Source of the DNA: Octopus vulgaris
Lineage: Eukaryota
Assembly (NCBI GenBank): GCA_951406725.2
Contig: OX597819.1
Coordinates: forward strand, 47,926,001-47,990,000
Direction of reading: 5' to 3'
DNA length: 64,000 nucleotides
The position numbers and the translations under genes are program-made. Of the stretch, positions 40,287 through 53,672 are shown piece after piece. A model generated the notes under the pieces. It saw only the letters and a program-made list of their open reading frames with translations. It was not told where the DNA came from and did not search any database. How positions within the stretch are numbered: position 1 is the stretch's first letter; each line of letters begins with the position of its first letter.

Positions 40287-43200
40287 ATTGGGGGCTCTTT
40301 TAATTAACTTTTAAACATTGAAATTTAATTCATAATAAACAAAGATACTTGGTGGATTATTTTATTGTCAAAATGGAATGTAAAGAAACAGTAGCTGAAA
40401 CAATCTATGCTACAATAGTTTTATGATTTTTAATTCAAAAAAGTAAACTTACTTCAGTTGTTAAACTATATTTGAACACGTCAGAATTCAGTCAATCATT
40501 TAGAAATGGAATAAGGAATTATAGTTAATTCTTACTCATATGCAACTGACTCTTCTTGTTACTATATTTGAAGGCATAAAAGACTCACAGGAATATTTGA
40601 CATACACCAGTTTCAACAGTGCATATTCAGGGGAAAATGTTTTTAGTGTATTAAAGTATGTAATATAAACCCAACTTCATATATAGGACCCAGGGTAATT
40701 CTTTCAAGACAAGTTTTTGGAAGAAAAGTAAGTCTTATATGTCATCAAATATAGTTATTATTTTAGGGAACTAATTATATGTAGAATAAGATGGGGAGCA
40801 GGCAGAATCATTAGAACAGTGGGCAAAATGTTTAGTGGCATTTTGTCCATCTTTATGTTCTCAGTTCAAATTCCAGTGAGGTTGACTTTGTCTTTTATCC
40901 TTTCAGGGTTGATAAAATAAGTACCGCTAGGGTCAATGTAATCGACTTAACTCCTCCCCTGAAATTGCTGGCCTTGTGCCAAAATTTGAAACCAATATTT
41001 CTGATCAGTAACATTAATTTTGCTGTTACCTGGTTAGTTTTGGTGTTGCTGTTGTTGTTTACCCTACGTTGACCCTGTTCAAGCAGACTTATGATCAAAG
41101 GCATTTCAACTATGATACGATCATATTGTCTTATGTATCTAGGACTACATTATTCAACATGGCTTTTCTTTTTTAAGATAGCAGGGTGCAATTTGAGGGA
41201 GATTTGGCTGTTATTTCTAACAGGTCAAATATCATATGGAACCTCCTCACCAGCTCAACAGTTGACGTGTTTATTAATAAGGGGTTTATTCCACAGTTTC
41301 TCTTCTACCAAACCAATTTAGAGAACTCTGTGTTTAAGATGTATTAACACAATTTAAGACTAATATATTCCTTATTTCATACCCCTCAGCTTCTATTTAA
41401 TGTCTCACAAGAACAACTTCCGCTTCTGTCATCTGAAAGTTTCTTTTGTTAATTCTTTAAAAGTAATCACTTGTTCAGGTCAGACAATTGGTTGAACCTT
41501 GATTAATGCTATTCAATGTTATGCATAGAACTGAATGTGTTTTACATCTGATTCACCAGAAGCAGAAGAATCATAACTGAAATTGTTCTCCTATGCATGT
41601 TGCCATACAACCCTCATGTCCTTTGAATTTGTAATCAATAAAATACTTGAATTAACAGCTCATTCAAATATGAACTCAGAACCAGCATGGAAGACAGGCG
41701 TTAAATGATGATGATGATGGGGGAGTGATAACGATAATGATGATGACGATGATGAAGACAACAACAACAACAACAATGAAGATGATGAGGAGGAAGAGGG
41801 AGAGGAGGACTGTTTTCAACAAATAGCCATTCAACTGTTTTGACCTAATCCACAACTGATCAATGTTTCCTCTTTTTATTTTTTAAAAAACTCTTCTAGT
41901 AATAGTAAATGACAAGTTAGCTAATCGCCTCAATTTAGGTGTTATTGTTCCCCAGGGGCATTTTGATTACTTAACAGAGCATTATAAATGAGTTCAAAAA
42001 AATTTTATTTTTGGTTTTGTAAGCCTCTTTGAAATATTGTATGTTACTGCTTTTGATAGAGTTGTGTATCTCACTTTTTTGGATGGCATATGATTGAAAA
42101 TACATAGTGTAGATCAAAGGAGATGTCAAACAAAAATATGCACATATTTACTACACTAAACGCTTGCTACAGTAACAGTACTGATCCATTCCTTCTGAGA
42201 GAAAAGAAAAGAAATAAAAATATAATCAAATTGACAAGATTTGAATTGAAATCATTAGTATTAGAGCAAATAGGGAAGATCTTTGAACACACAACCAACA
42301 TATAAGATAATATATATAATATTATTAAATAGACTATATAATAATATTTCTCTCTTGAGAAATACCTAAATTATCAGTTCTTAGAAGACAGCTGATATTA
42401 TAATGTGTGTTAAATCAAGCTGAGAAATATGAGATCTACAAAATGGACTACTTAAGTATATTGGTAATTGTTACTTAGACTGATACTGAATTTGTTAAAT
42501 GGAAGTTCTTTGATTATAAGAAATTCTCTGTATATATTTAAAGTGGGTCATTTAGAAAATAATATTTTGGAATAGTAACAAAGTGCTATCCCCCCACCCC
42601 CACCGTTTTGAATGGTTTCTTATATGGTTCTGATCTTAGTGTAATCAATAAACACCAATTAGGAATCCTTTTACATCACTGAAAAATGAAATAAAATTGA
42701 AGGATTTCAAAAACAAACAAAAAGAAAAAAAAACAAGAATTATCATGAATTACCAGAAAGAATTTATTTAATTTCATATTGTTATTTCTTTTATGGCTTA
42801 AACAAAGAAGGAAGAACATCAGCCATGAACCAGTCTTCTGACATTGCTAGGCAGAAGGGAAGAAGCTATCCTCAGCCCAAACACTGACCCAAAAGCTTAC
42901 AATAGAGTGAATTCCATTAAAGGTACCTTTATGCAGGGTGATGGATCATGTCTACTGCTCTAAAACATCAGTTCTTCTTTTAGGTTTTCACAAGTTTCTG
43001 TCCACCACATATCACTCACAAGGCTTTGGTTCACCCAAGACTCTCTCTCTCTCTTTACAGACTTATGGGCAAGTGACTGATATGTATATATATATATGCC
43101 ATCATCATCGTCGTCGTCGTCATCGTCATCATCATCATCATCATCGTTTAACGTCTGTTTTCCATTCTGGCATGGGTCAGATGGTTTAACTGGGGACTGA

Positions 43201-43400
43201 CAAGCCAGGAGGCCACACAAGGCTCCAATCTGATCTGGCAGTGTTTCTACAGCTGGATGCCCTTCCTAACACCAACTACTCCAAGAGTGTAGTGGGTGCT
43301 TTTTACGTGCCACCAGCACAGGAGCCAGTCAGGCGGCACTGGCATCAGCCATGTTCGGATGGTGTTTTTACATGCCACCGGCACAAGAGCCAGTCGGGGT

Positions 43401-43705
43401 GTAGGTAAGGCCAGAACAATGTGAAATATATCCAAGGCAAATTGCAAAAAACAGGCCTATGAATTAATGGTAATTTACTCTGCATTCAATATTTCAGGGT
43501 TATGATCCCCTCTTCAGGAATTAGCAAATGTTGCAAATGTACATAGTGAATGTTGCAGATGTACATACTTACAACATTCGCTAATTCCTGAAGAGGGAGT
43601 CATAACCCTTAAATATTGAATGCAGGGTAAGTCACCATTAATTTATATGCCTGTTTTCTTGTGATTTGGCTTGGATTTATTTCGCATTGTTCCAGCCTTA
43701 TCCAC
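43401..43705. mobile_element. Inverted pair of Penelope-like terminal repeats, each with a hammerhead-like motif
   Basis: 43401-43533 is the diverged reverse complement of 43572-43705. Motifs at 43484-43521 (-) and 43584-43621 (+). Confidence 0.7.
43484..43521 (-). ncRNA. Minimal type-I hammerhead ribozyme-like motif (canonical core)
   Basis: ATTC-CTGAAGA-GGGG(ATCATAA)CCCT-GAAA-TA-TT-GAAT; palindrome AATATT. Confidence 0.65.
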
Positions 43706-43764
43706 GAATCTTATATAATATATTCCACACAATGCTTTATACTAACTATTCCATTATATATGTA

Positions 43765-43812
<48 letters not shown>

Positions 43813-43815
<3 letters not shown>

Positions 43816-44038
43816 CTTTACTACCCACAAGGGGCTAAACACAGAGGGGACAAACAAGGACAGACAAAGGGATTAAGCCGATTACATTGACCCCAGTGCG
43901 TAACTGATACTTAATTTATCGACCCCGAAAGGATGAAAGGCAAAGTCGACCTTGGCGGAATTTGAACTCAGAACTTAACGACAGACGAAATATGGTTACA
44001 CAGGTCGCCCGGCATGCTAACGTTTCTGCCAGCTCGCC
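43813..44038 (-). mobile_element. tRNA-derived SINE family C, young copy
   Basis: ggcgagctggcagaaacgttagc...gagttcaaattcc...gcctttcatcctttcggggtcgataaa. Very similar to 56459-56688. Confidence 0.85.
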
Positions 44039-45709
44039 ATATATATATGGGCTGGTCATTGTTAGGACGTCTTTATTCAGGGTTGACCTGGGGGCAAGTG
44101 ATAACAAATTCAAGGAGCTTAATTAACCTGGTTAGCAAGGCACTTAAGCAACTGCTGTTGGTATTCATTTTTAATAGAATTGAACAGATGGAGCAACATG
44201 AAGCAAAGTGCTTTGATCAAGGTTGCAGTATAACATAACACTTGGTGCAGAACTCAAATCCATGATCTAATGATTGTGAGTTCAATATCATAGCCTGTGG
44301 TTGCAACTTGGCTACATGCCATCAATATGGTAGATAGAAGACACTTGTCCTAAGTGCTACACAGTGGATTTGAAACTGAAACCATAGAGTTACAGAGTGA
44401 GTTTCTTGGCCACGTACCATGTTGTGCTCATGAAGCTTTGACAAAATTATAATTGCTTACCTTTTATTTGTTTCAGACATTTGATTGTGGCTATGCTGGG
44501 GCACTGCCTTGAAGAACTTCAGTTGAATGAATTGACCCAATTTTTTTTTTGTTCAGCCTGTTAATTATTCTATTGGTCTCTTTTACCAAATCACTAAGTT
44601 ACAGGAGCATAAACACACCAAAACCAGTTATCAAGTGGTGTTGGGGGACAAATACAGACACAAAGACACGCACGCATACACATAGACACCCATACACATC
44701 CACACACACACGGAGGGCTTCTTTCAGTTTCTGTCTACCAATCCACTTGCTTGTAGCTATAGTAGAGGACATTTCCCCAAGGTGCCTTAAAGTGAGACTG
44801 AACCTAGAATCATGTGACTAGGAAGCAAACTTCATAGCACACAGCCATGCCTGTGCCTAAATTAATAAATTAATCTTTTCTCAATTAAAAAACTAAGAAA
44901 AGAAACATGAAAGATTGAATATTCTTTTCATGGAAGAAGCGAATGCAGGAGCCATTGATATCAGTTATGGATGTTCTCAGATATTTTGTGAATAAATATT
45001 GTATGCAAGAGAACAATGAATAATAATCTAAAGCAACAGATATTCCATTTATCTAGTCATGGATATTTTGTAGAGAAATATTTCACAATACCTAATTAGT
45101 AGTCATCACGTTTCTAGTTAAAGAACTATAACATCTGGATCGTTACAATCCTGATTACAAACCTTAATTTGCTAGTTTTTCCCTGTTTTTGGCATGCTTG
45201 TAAAGTTTAGGTGGAGATGGGTCCTTGTCAGATTTACTCTTATAACAGTTTTAATATTCTAATTGTGTTTAATTTCATTTTCAAAGCAGAATACCATTTC
45301 TTCACATTTGTTATCTAGTAAAGAAAAATCCATTAACCATGAGCTTTTATGAAAAGCTTATAAAATCTTAATCTTAGAATAAATTGCTTATAAAGGGAAC
45401 AAATATAATTCACTTTTTTTATATACTATGTTGTTACTGTCAAAACTTCAGTTAACACATATTTTTCAGTTTTAGAATACACAGATGCATGTCATAAGAC
45501 TTAAAGAGCTGGTGATAGGAAGGCTATCCAGTTGTAAAACCCTGCCTTAAAAAAGCTGTTCAACCTATGCCAGCATGGAAAATCATTGTTGTCATCAGTG
45601 GTGGTGGTAGACAGAGGTTATTGAGGCAGATTAGAACTCCAAATGTAAAATGCCACAAACATTTTGACTAACATGCTAACAATTCTGCCATTCTGCCAGC
45701 TCATTTATA

Positions 45710-45770
<61 letters not shown>

Positions 45771-45771
<1 letters not shown>

Positions 45772-46277
45772 TGATTGGAAGTATTATCATGTACATTGTT
45801 TTGTCTTGGTATAAAAGATGGGCTACAGCAAATATTCTGCTCAATACCACAGATTTGCTTGTCAGTTGTTTGACCTTAACCAGTTGAGCATGTCCCTTAG
45901 TGGCTGACGATATGTGCATCTCTGATCACGAGCAGAAGTAGTGGGAGAGCATCATAGCCATGTGTTGAGAGGGATTCTTTGGGGTTTGAATAATTCACCT
46001 CTGGAAACATGGGTGGTTCTTTCAACATCCTTAAACAACCCTTATTCAGGGACCTTTTGAGCGGGATGGGCTACTCAACCTGAAGAAATTTCTAATTGGG
46101 CCCCACCTGCAAGGTCATGTGCTGTTTATCTTGATATGAGATCACCATGTTGCGCACATATGGTTGTGATGCATGTGCCTGGTGTACCCTTATCAGACGG
46201 GTAGTCATGATGGGTATATTGGGCTTCATATATTTTACCCCAGTGTCACTTTGATGGCATGAACTGCTCTCTCACTC
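45771..46277 (+). mobile_element. (AAT)n-embedded non-coding retroelement, copy A (5' truncated)
   Basis: Flanked by (AAT)n. High identity to 46341-46557 (+) and 47551-48107 (-). Confidence 0.8.
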
Positions 46278-46321
<44 letters not shown>

Positions 46322-46340
46322 TAATAATAATAATAATAAA

Positions 46341-46557
46341 TTCCCTGATGCAGTCCCAGGCACTGGCTCTCATAGCTTCAGATCTTAACTGACTGGAAGT
46401 TTTGTCATGTGCATTCTTTTGTCTTGGTATAAAAGATGGGCTACAGCAAATATTCTGCTCAGTACCACAGATTTGCTTGTCAGTTGTTTGACCGTAACCA
46501 GTTGAGCATGTCCCTTAGTGGCCAACGATATGTGCATCTCTGATCACAAGCAGAAGT
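46341..46557 (+). mobile_element. Same element, copy B (5' part only)
   Basis: Begins TTCCCTGATGCAGTCCCAGG immediately after (AAT)n. Confidence 0.75.
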
Positions 46558-46632
46558 GTGTGTGTGTGTGTGTGTGTCTTGTTTTACAAAGGAAGGAAAA
46601 GAGCTTAATATGTGAAGCAGAGTGTGTGTATA

Positions 46633-46667
<35 letters not shown>

Positions 46668-46756
46668 TGTGAAAAAAATTATATGGTTAATGGACAATAT
46701 GTCCAATTTTTCGGCATATTTGGCATTAGAAATTTTTTCATTTGCCCTCATTTATG

Positions 46757-46808
<52 letters not shown>

Positions 46809-46899
46809 GAAGAGAGAGAGAGAGAGAAAGAGATAAATAGATAGATAGATAGAAAAACAGGCAGATAAATAGATAGACAAATGGGTAGTTAGCTAGTTA

Positions 46900-47058
46900 A
46901 TTAGGTAGGTAGATAGGTAGGTAGGTAGGTTGGTAGGTAAGTATGTAGATAGGTAGGTAGGTAAGGTAGGTAAGTAGGTAGGTAGGTAGGTAGGTAGGTA
47001 AGTAGGTAGGTAGATAGGTAGGTAGGTAGGTAGGTAGGTAGGTAGGTAGGTAGGTAGG
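46900..47058. repeat. (GGTA)n microsatellite
   Basis: Seen directly. Confidence 0.95.
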
Positions 47059-47466
47059 CATGTAGTTTCGTAGGGAAATAAATGGATGCGGTGAATAACA
47101 AAAGAACAAACAAAAAAATTAAAGTGCAGTTAAGTTCATGCTCTGAGAAATGATAAGAGTTCATTGATATGACATTTCAGACATTGTCCTCCTTAGGAAT
47201 ATAGTATAGAGAAGAATGAGAGGAGGAAAGATGAAGAAAAACTGAAAGAAAAAAATAAAGAATGTAAAAATAGCGCAATTCAGGTGGGAAAGCCATGTGA
47301 AACTGGTCAGCATGCTGCCATATTGTATATATATACATGGATGCATGTATATACATTTGTATGTACTTTTTTTTTATTATTATCATTCCATTATATGTAA
47401 AACTCCACGCTTTATGTCTGTCTTTGTATTGTCCCCTTCATCTTTTGCCCTGGTGACAGATAAAAG

Positions 47467-47506
<40 letters not shown>

Positions 47507-47550
47507 TATCATCATCATCATTATCATCATCATCCATCCTTATTATTATT

Positions 47551-48107
47551 GAGTGAGAGAGCAAAGTATGCCATTAAAGAGACACTGGGGTAAAATATAC
47601 GAAACCCAGTATACCCATCATGACCACCAATCTGATAAGGGTACACCAGGCACATGCATCACAACCATATGTGTGCATCATGGTGATCTCATATCAAGAT
47701 AAACAGCGCATGACCTTGCAGGTGGGGCCTAGTTAGAGTTTTCTTCAGGTCAAGTAGCCCATCCTGTTCAAAACGTCCCTGAATAAGGGTTGTGTAAGGA
47801 TGTTAAATGAAACACCCATGTTTCCAAAGGTGAATTATCCAAACCCCAAAGGAATCATCTCAACACATGGCTATGATGCTCCCCCTCTACTTCTGCTTGT
47901 GAACAGAGATGCACATATCGTCAGCCACTGAGGAACATGTTCAACTGGTTAAGGTCAAACAACTGACAAGCAAATCTGTGGTATTGAGCAGAATATTTGC
48001 TGTAGCCCATCTTTTATACCAAGACAAAACAATGTACATGATAACACTTCCAGTCAGTTGAGATCAAAAGCCATGGAAGCCAGTGCCTGGGACTGCATCA
48101 GGGAATT
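47551..48107 (-). mobile_element. Same element, copy C (apparently full length, ~560 bp, inverted)
   Basis: Shares its 5' end with copy B and its 3' end CTCTCTCACTC(AAT)n with copy A. Confidence 0.8.
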
Positions 48108-48115
48108 TGTTACTA

Positions 48116-48171
<56 letters not shown>

Positions 48172-48376
48172 ATAATAATTATTATTATTGTTGTTGTTGT
48201 TGTTGTTGTTGTTGTTTTTTCCTTCTTTCTTCAAATTTTTTTCCTTTTCTCACCGAGTGTTTTCGATACACCTAGGGCAGAGAAGCTCATTGTATGCATT
48301 CCCAGATTACACACGCAAATTCACAGAAAAAATATGTATTTAAAAATTAATAAATAAATAAATTCATGGATGGATG

Positions 48377-48440
<64 letters not shown>

Positions 48441-48769
48441 AGAGGTGGGCTGGCAGAATTGTAAGCATGCCATACAAAATTCTTAGCAACATTTCTCCCT
48501 GTTCTCTACCCTCTGAGATGAAATGCTGTCAAGATCAACTCTGCTGTTCGTCCCTTCTGGACTGATAGAATAAGTACCAGTCACGTACGGAGGGGGGTGG
48601 GTGGGTGTGGTGCAGTGTAATCGAGTTACACTCTCTTCCTAAAATTGCTGGCTTTGAACCAAAATTTGAAGCCATTATTATTATTATTGCCATATTTTGC
48701 AGATAGAGATTGCTTCACTGGAATCAGTAAGAAATTATTATCATTGCCATAATGATTTTTCAAATAGAT

Positions 48770-49011
<242 letters not shown>

Positions 49012-49575
49012 GATCATCAACACTCCTATCATTGCTATCATCGGATTTAGAATGTCTATATTCTCCCCATACTTATGTGACAGTAAAAATTTATTTTCCA
49101 TGTAAACTACAAAAAACAAAATACATAAATACAGTGCTTGTTTTATGTTGGAACGATGTAATACAGTGAGAGAAAAAAAAAGGCTGCTATATTGGGAGGT
49201 TAAATTTGAGATGATATCTGAAATACATATATAAATTGATGGTTAGCATCATTGTTATTATGAGCCAAAGAGTGCTCTCTCTCTCTCTTACTTTTGATTT
49301 CTCTTTTCCCTTGTTCTCCCACTTTTGAGTTTTCTTTCTTTTTTGCTGTCTCTCTCCTCTCACACTTGCTCCCATTTTCTCCTTCCTCTCTTTTTCTCTT
49401 TCTCTCCCTCACTATTATTCATAACTTCCTGCTTTCAGAAACCTTCATAGATATAAGTCTTGCAATTTTCTTTGGCTATTAAAATATTCATAATATAACA
49501 TTCAATATATAAAACACACATACACGTGAACACATCTCTACTAGCAAGCATGCATGCATGTATACACACATGTAT

Positions 49576-49612
<37 letters not shown>

Positions 49613-49812
49613 CACATACATACACGCACTCACATACACACACATGCTTCTTTGAGGCAGTTCTATGACTGTACTTTAACTACCTCTACCACCCATCACT
49701 GAAGGAAAGAGAAGGAAGAGAGCAAGAAGATACTGCTCTCTCTATCATTGTATGTATATATACATATATATATACACACACACACATATATATATATCTA
49801 TATATGTATGTA

Positions 49813-49859
<47 letters not shown>

Positions 49860-50178
49860 ATAAATACATATAGTGATTCATAACCTCTGCTCACTTACCA
49901 ATCACTCTAGAAGGAGTGTAGATGGGGATGGAGTGGTGCTTTCCTCAAGTATATATATATATACATAAATACACACACACACACACAAACACACACATAT
50001 ATAATATATTTATATTGTTTATACACACGCACACACAAACATATATACATATATATTTATCATATATGCAAACACACACATACACAGACACACACATACA
50101 CAGATACACACACACATATATACATATATATTTATTATATATGCAAACACACGCGCGCACACACACACGCGCACACAC

Positions 50179-50209
<31 letters not shown>

Positions 50210-50302
50210 TGTTTGCATTTTACAAATTTAATGTTTTAACTTGTATAGATTCCTCTTTGGATTTCTGGTCTCCTTGATCTTTAATTCAAATTTTTTTCCA
50301 TA

Positions 50303-50347
<45 letters not shown>

Positions 50348-51208
50348 CATACATAAATACATTCATACAGAAAATTATTTTTCAAAATTTATCAGTAATA
50401 CATTTTTAAGCAGAAATCTAACAAGTACAGACCATCTAAAATTGTATTTGTTGATGTGCTCTAGTAGTTATTCTACTCATAAAGTAGTTTTGAATTTTGA
50501 CATCTTGTAGCTGTGACTAAAAAGTTAAAATGTTACAGATTTCAAATCCGGGTAAATTCAAACTTTGTTTCATGAAGGTTACAGTTTATACTCTGTAGAG
50601 GTTAATTGGTTTTGAGATGTATCTTCAGTAATATGAGTGGTTTTCACTGTTAAAAATCATGTCTGACAATCAGTTCTCATAAACAGGCTTTCTAAAGCAA
50701 ACTACTGATTGAATTCATATATCATCATCATTTAACAGCCGTTATCCATGCTGGCATGGGTTGGATGGTTGGACCAGAGCTGGTAAGCTGGAAAGCTGCA
50801 CAAGACTCCAGTCTGATTTGGCATGGTTTCTATGGCTGGATGCCCTTCCTAATGCCAGCCACTCCAAGAGTGTAATGGATGCTTTTTTACGAGCCACTGG
50901 CATGGGTGCCATTTCCATGACACCAGTATCTGCCATGACTACAATTTTGCTTGGCTTGATGGGTCTTCTTCTCAAGCATGGCATAATGCCAAAGGTCTTG
51001 GTCATTTGTCATTGCCTCTGTAACGCCCAACACTCGAAAGGTGCTTTTCACATGCCACCCGCATCGGCCACCTTGTCTCCGTGAGGCCCAACACTCATAT
51101 ATATATATATAGTTAATCCAAACAAGAAAGCACAAAAAAACACAACAACGTGAGGACGTGGAACAAATATAGAATTATTGGACGCTCGGGAAAAAGGAAA
51201 GAAGGAGG

Positions 51209-51243
51209 GTTTAACATTTCGAGCAGAGCTCTTCGTCGGAAAC
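51209..51243 (-). ncRNA. Minimal type-I hammerhead ribozyme-like motif (CCGACGA core) within a ~200-bp element (51112-51311)
   Basis: GTTT-CCGACGA-A-GAGC(TCT)GCTC-GAAA-TG-TT-AAAC. Confidence 0.55.
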
Positions 51244-51675
51244 ATAGGAGAAGGAAAAATCCAGAGAAGGGAAGACAGAGGGAAAAAAATCGCCAATGGT
51301 ACACACGTAGTCACACACACACACACACACATATTCACACACACACAACACACATACACTGGCACTCCATTAGATCAGGGTTCTTATGGTAGAATTTGAA
51401 TGCAGAAGGTGAAGGCATACAAAATGCTATTAAGCATTTTGCTCAAAGTTCCAACAAATCTGCCAGCCTGCCACATTAGCACGGAATGTAATATTAATTA
51501 TTAATTAGATGACAAAAGAGCAGGAGTTATGCAATCATTTTCATGAGCTTACAGCTGTTTCTGCTGTCAGGAACTGAACACCCAGAGCTGAGTGTCAGTG
51601 TAGCATTATATAGCTTCTTCCGAGGCATTTGAATTCTTTATTGTGGAAAACATTTAAAAATATTTGTTTGTTTGT

Positions 51676-51737
<62 letters not shown>

Positions 51738-52814
51738 ATGTTTGTATGTGTGTACATATACATATATAAAGGACTTGTTTCAATTTCCGACTAAATCCAC
51801 TCACAATGCTTTGGGCAGCCTAAGGTGCTGTGCTGTGGAACAGAACCCAACACCACACAGTTGTGAAATATGTTACTTAACCATACACACACACACACAC
51901 AACAAGAGAAGAAGACAAAGAATCAGTTCCCTAGATTTTATAGTTGAATAATTATTCTTTTTGCACACAATGCAAACTTCTTTCTGCTTTTTATTCTATC
52001 TGTATTTTCTGTTGTTTTGATGATGATAATGATTAGCAGTAGCAGCGGTTAGTGAAGATATCAGAATTGTCTTTAAATGGCAAATAATTTCATGAACTGA
52101 ATCCCCCCACCCCAACCCCAACATAAATTTAAACGTTACTATTGAACAAACCAAGCATGAATATGACAGGAGAAGCAACAACATTAGCTGCACAAGAGCC
52201 AGTCATCACCACTAGACATTGAAAACCATATCTACAGTTGCAACAATATAGATAACAGATGCTGCCTCTATGGTATATTTTCTGAAACAATACACCAAAT
52301 CGTATTAGGATGTCCTACATTAGATCCCATGAAATAAACTTCGAAGCACAAGGCAGTGGAGCTACTCTACAAACATAGACTCGACATTTTAGTTCAATAG
52401 TTTGTAGGTAGCATGCTACAGCTAACAAAATGGTGTGTTGCAGGTCATAGCTATTTGAATTGTGGAAATAATAGAATCATATTTTTACAAATGTGAAAAA
52501 TACAAACAGAAATTTTAAATATAGAATCTTAATGTAATATCCAATATAACAGTAAACATGTCAAGAAAACTAAATATAGAATGGAAGGTGAGGTAGTGAT
52601 TTGTCCCTTCTAATTCATTTTGGTCATTTGGGTACAGTATGTCAAAACAAACATTTGAGCTTTGATTATAAATGTTTGATCAACTAATTAAAGAGTTTCT
52701 ATAGAAAATGGCAATAAAAATATAATAAAAATATACATCAAAACCGAACTGTTCAATTAATTTTTTCTAATCAAATTAGTTACTTTTCTTTAAACAATGT
52801 GTATTCTAATTAAC

Positions 52815-53672
52815 ACAAGATGCATTATAGAAGTTTTTGGACTTTTCCAGGAGGGACATTTATTAATTTCAAAGAAGTACAAAACTCATATTTCCTTCAA
52901 AGTAAAACCTTCTGACTTTATTGCATTTGTGAAGCCCCTTTGTGAAGGCCCCATTGAAGTCCTCCAAAGTGAAGGCTTCCAGGGCTGCTTCTGAGGTTCT
53001 CTTTCAGTTTGAGGAACAGCCAAAAGTCACAGGGAGCAAGCACTGAACTGTAGGGAGGGAGAGGACAGTTTTAATGCAAATATCTGTCAAGTAGTTGGTT
53101 ATCTGTATGCTTATCACTGAACACCCAGGAAACAAACTTTGCACAAATTTTACACATGGTCTGATCTTCATGAATAATTCTATCGACAGTTTCCACACCA
53201 ACTCCAAACCATTTGTTTATTGCCTTTATAGACACATGATGATATTCATCTAGAAAATTGCAAATTTTCTCAATCAATTCTGGTGTTCTGATGTCTCTCT
53301 CCCTCTTACATTTCTCATTGTCTTTCACCTCCTCTCTACAGTCCTTGAACTTCTTGTCCCAGCAATCCATAAGCAGTCTGGGGCATTTCATAAATTTCTT
53401 TAGCATTTTTACTCAGTTTAACACAAAACGTTATTGCATAGCAAGCTTCCAAACATCCTGACTACACTGTAACATAATCATCTGTGACAAGCAGTGTTTA
53501 GTAGGGTGTGTCTGAAGTGCTGTTACAACTATCTCCTTCAATCTAGAATAACAAAATTTTGCAGGTCAGCTTATTAGATGTATAGTAATGATATACTAAA
53601 ATTACAATAATCTAGGACAGTTATAAGTGTCTTGCCTAAAAGAAATCTCAAAACTTCTGGAATGCACTTCAT
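52815..53672 (-). mobile_element. Decayed mariner transposon
   Basis: HTH-region peptide KKFKDCREEVKD...TPELIEKI...ETVDRIIHED...KICAKFV. Degenerate TIRs (tgcatt..agaagtttt) at both ends. Confidence 0.8.
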
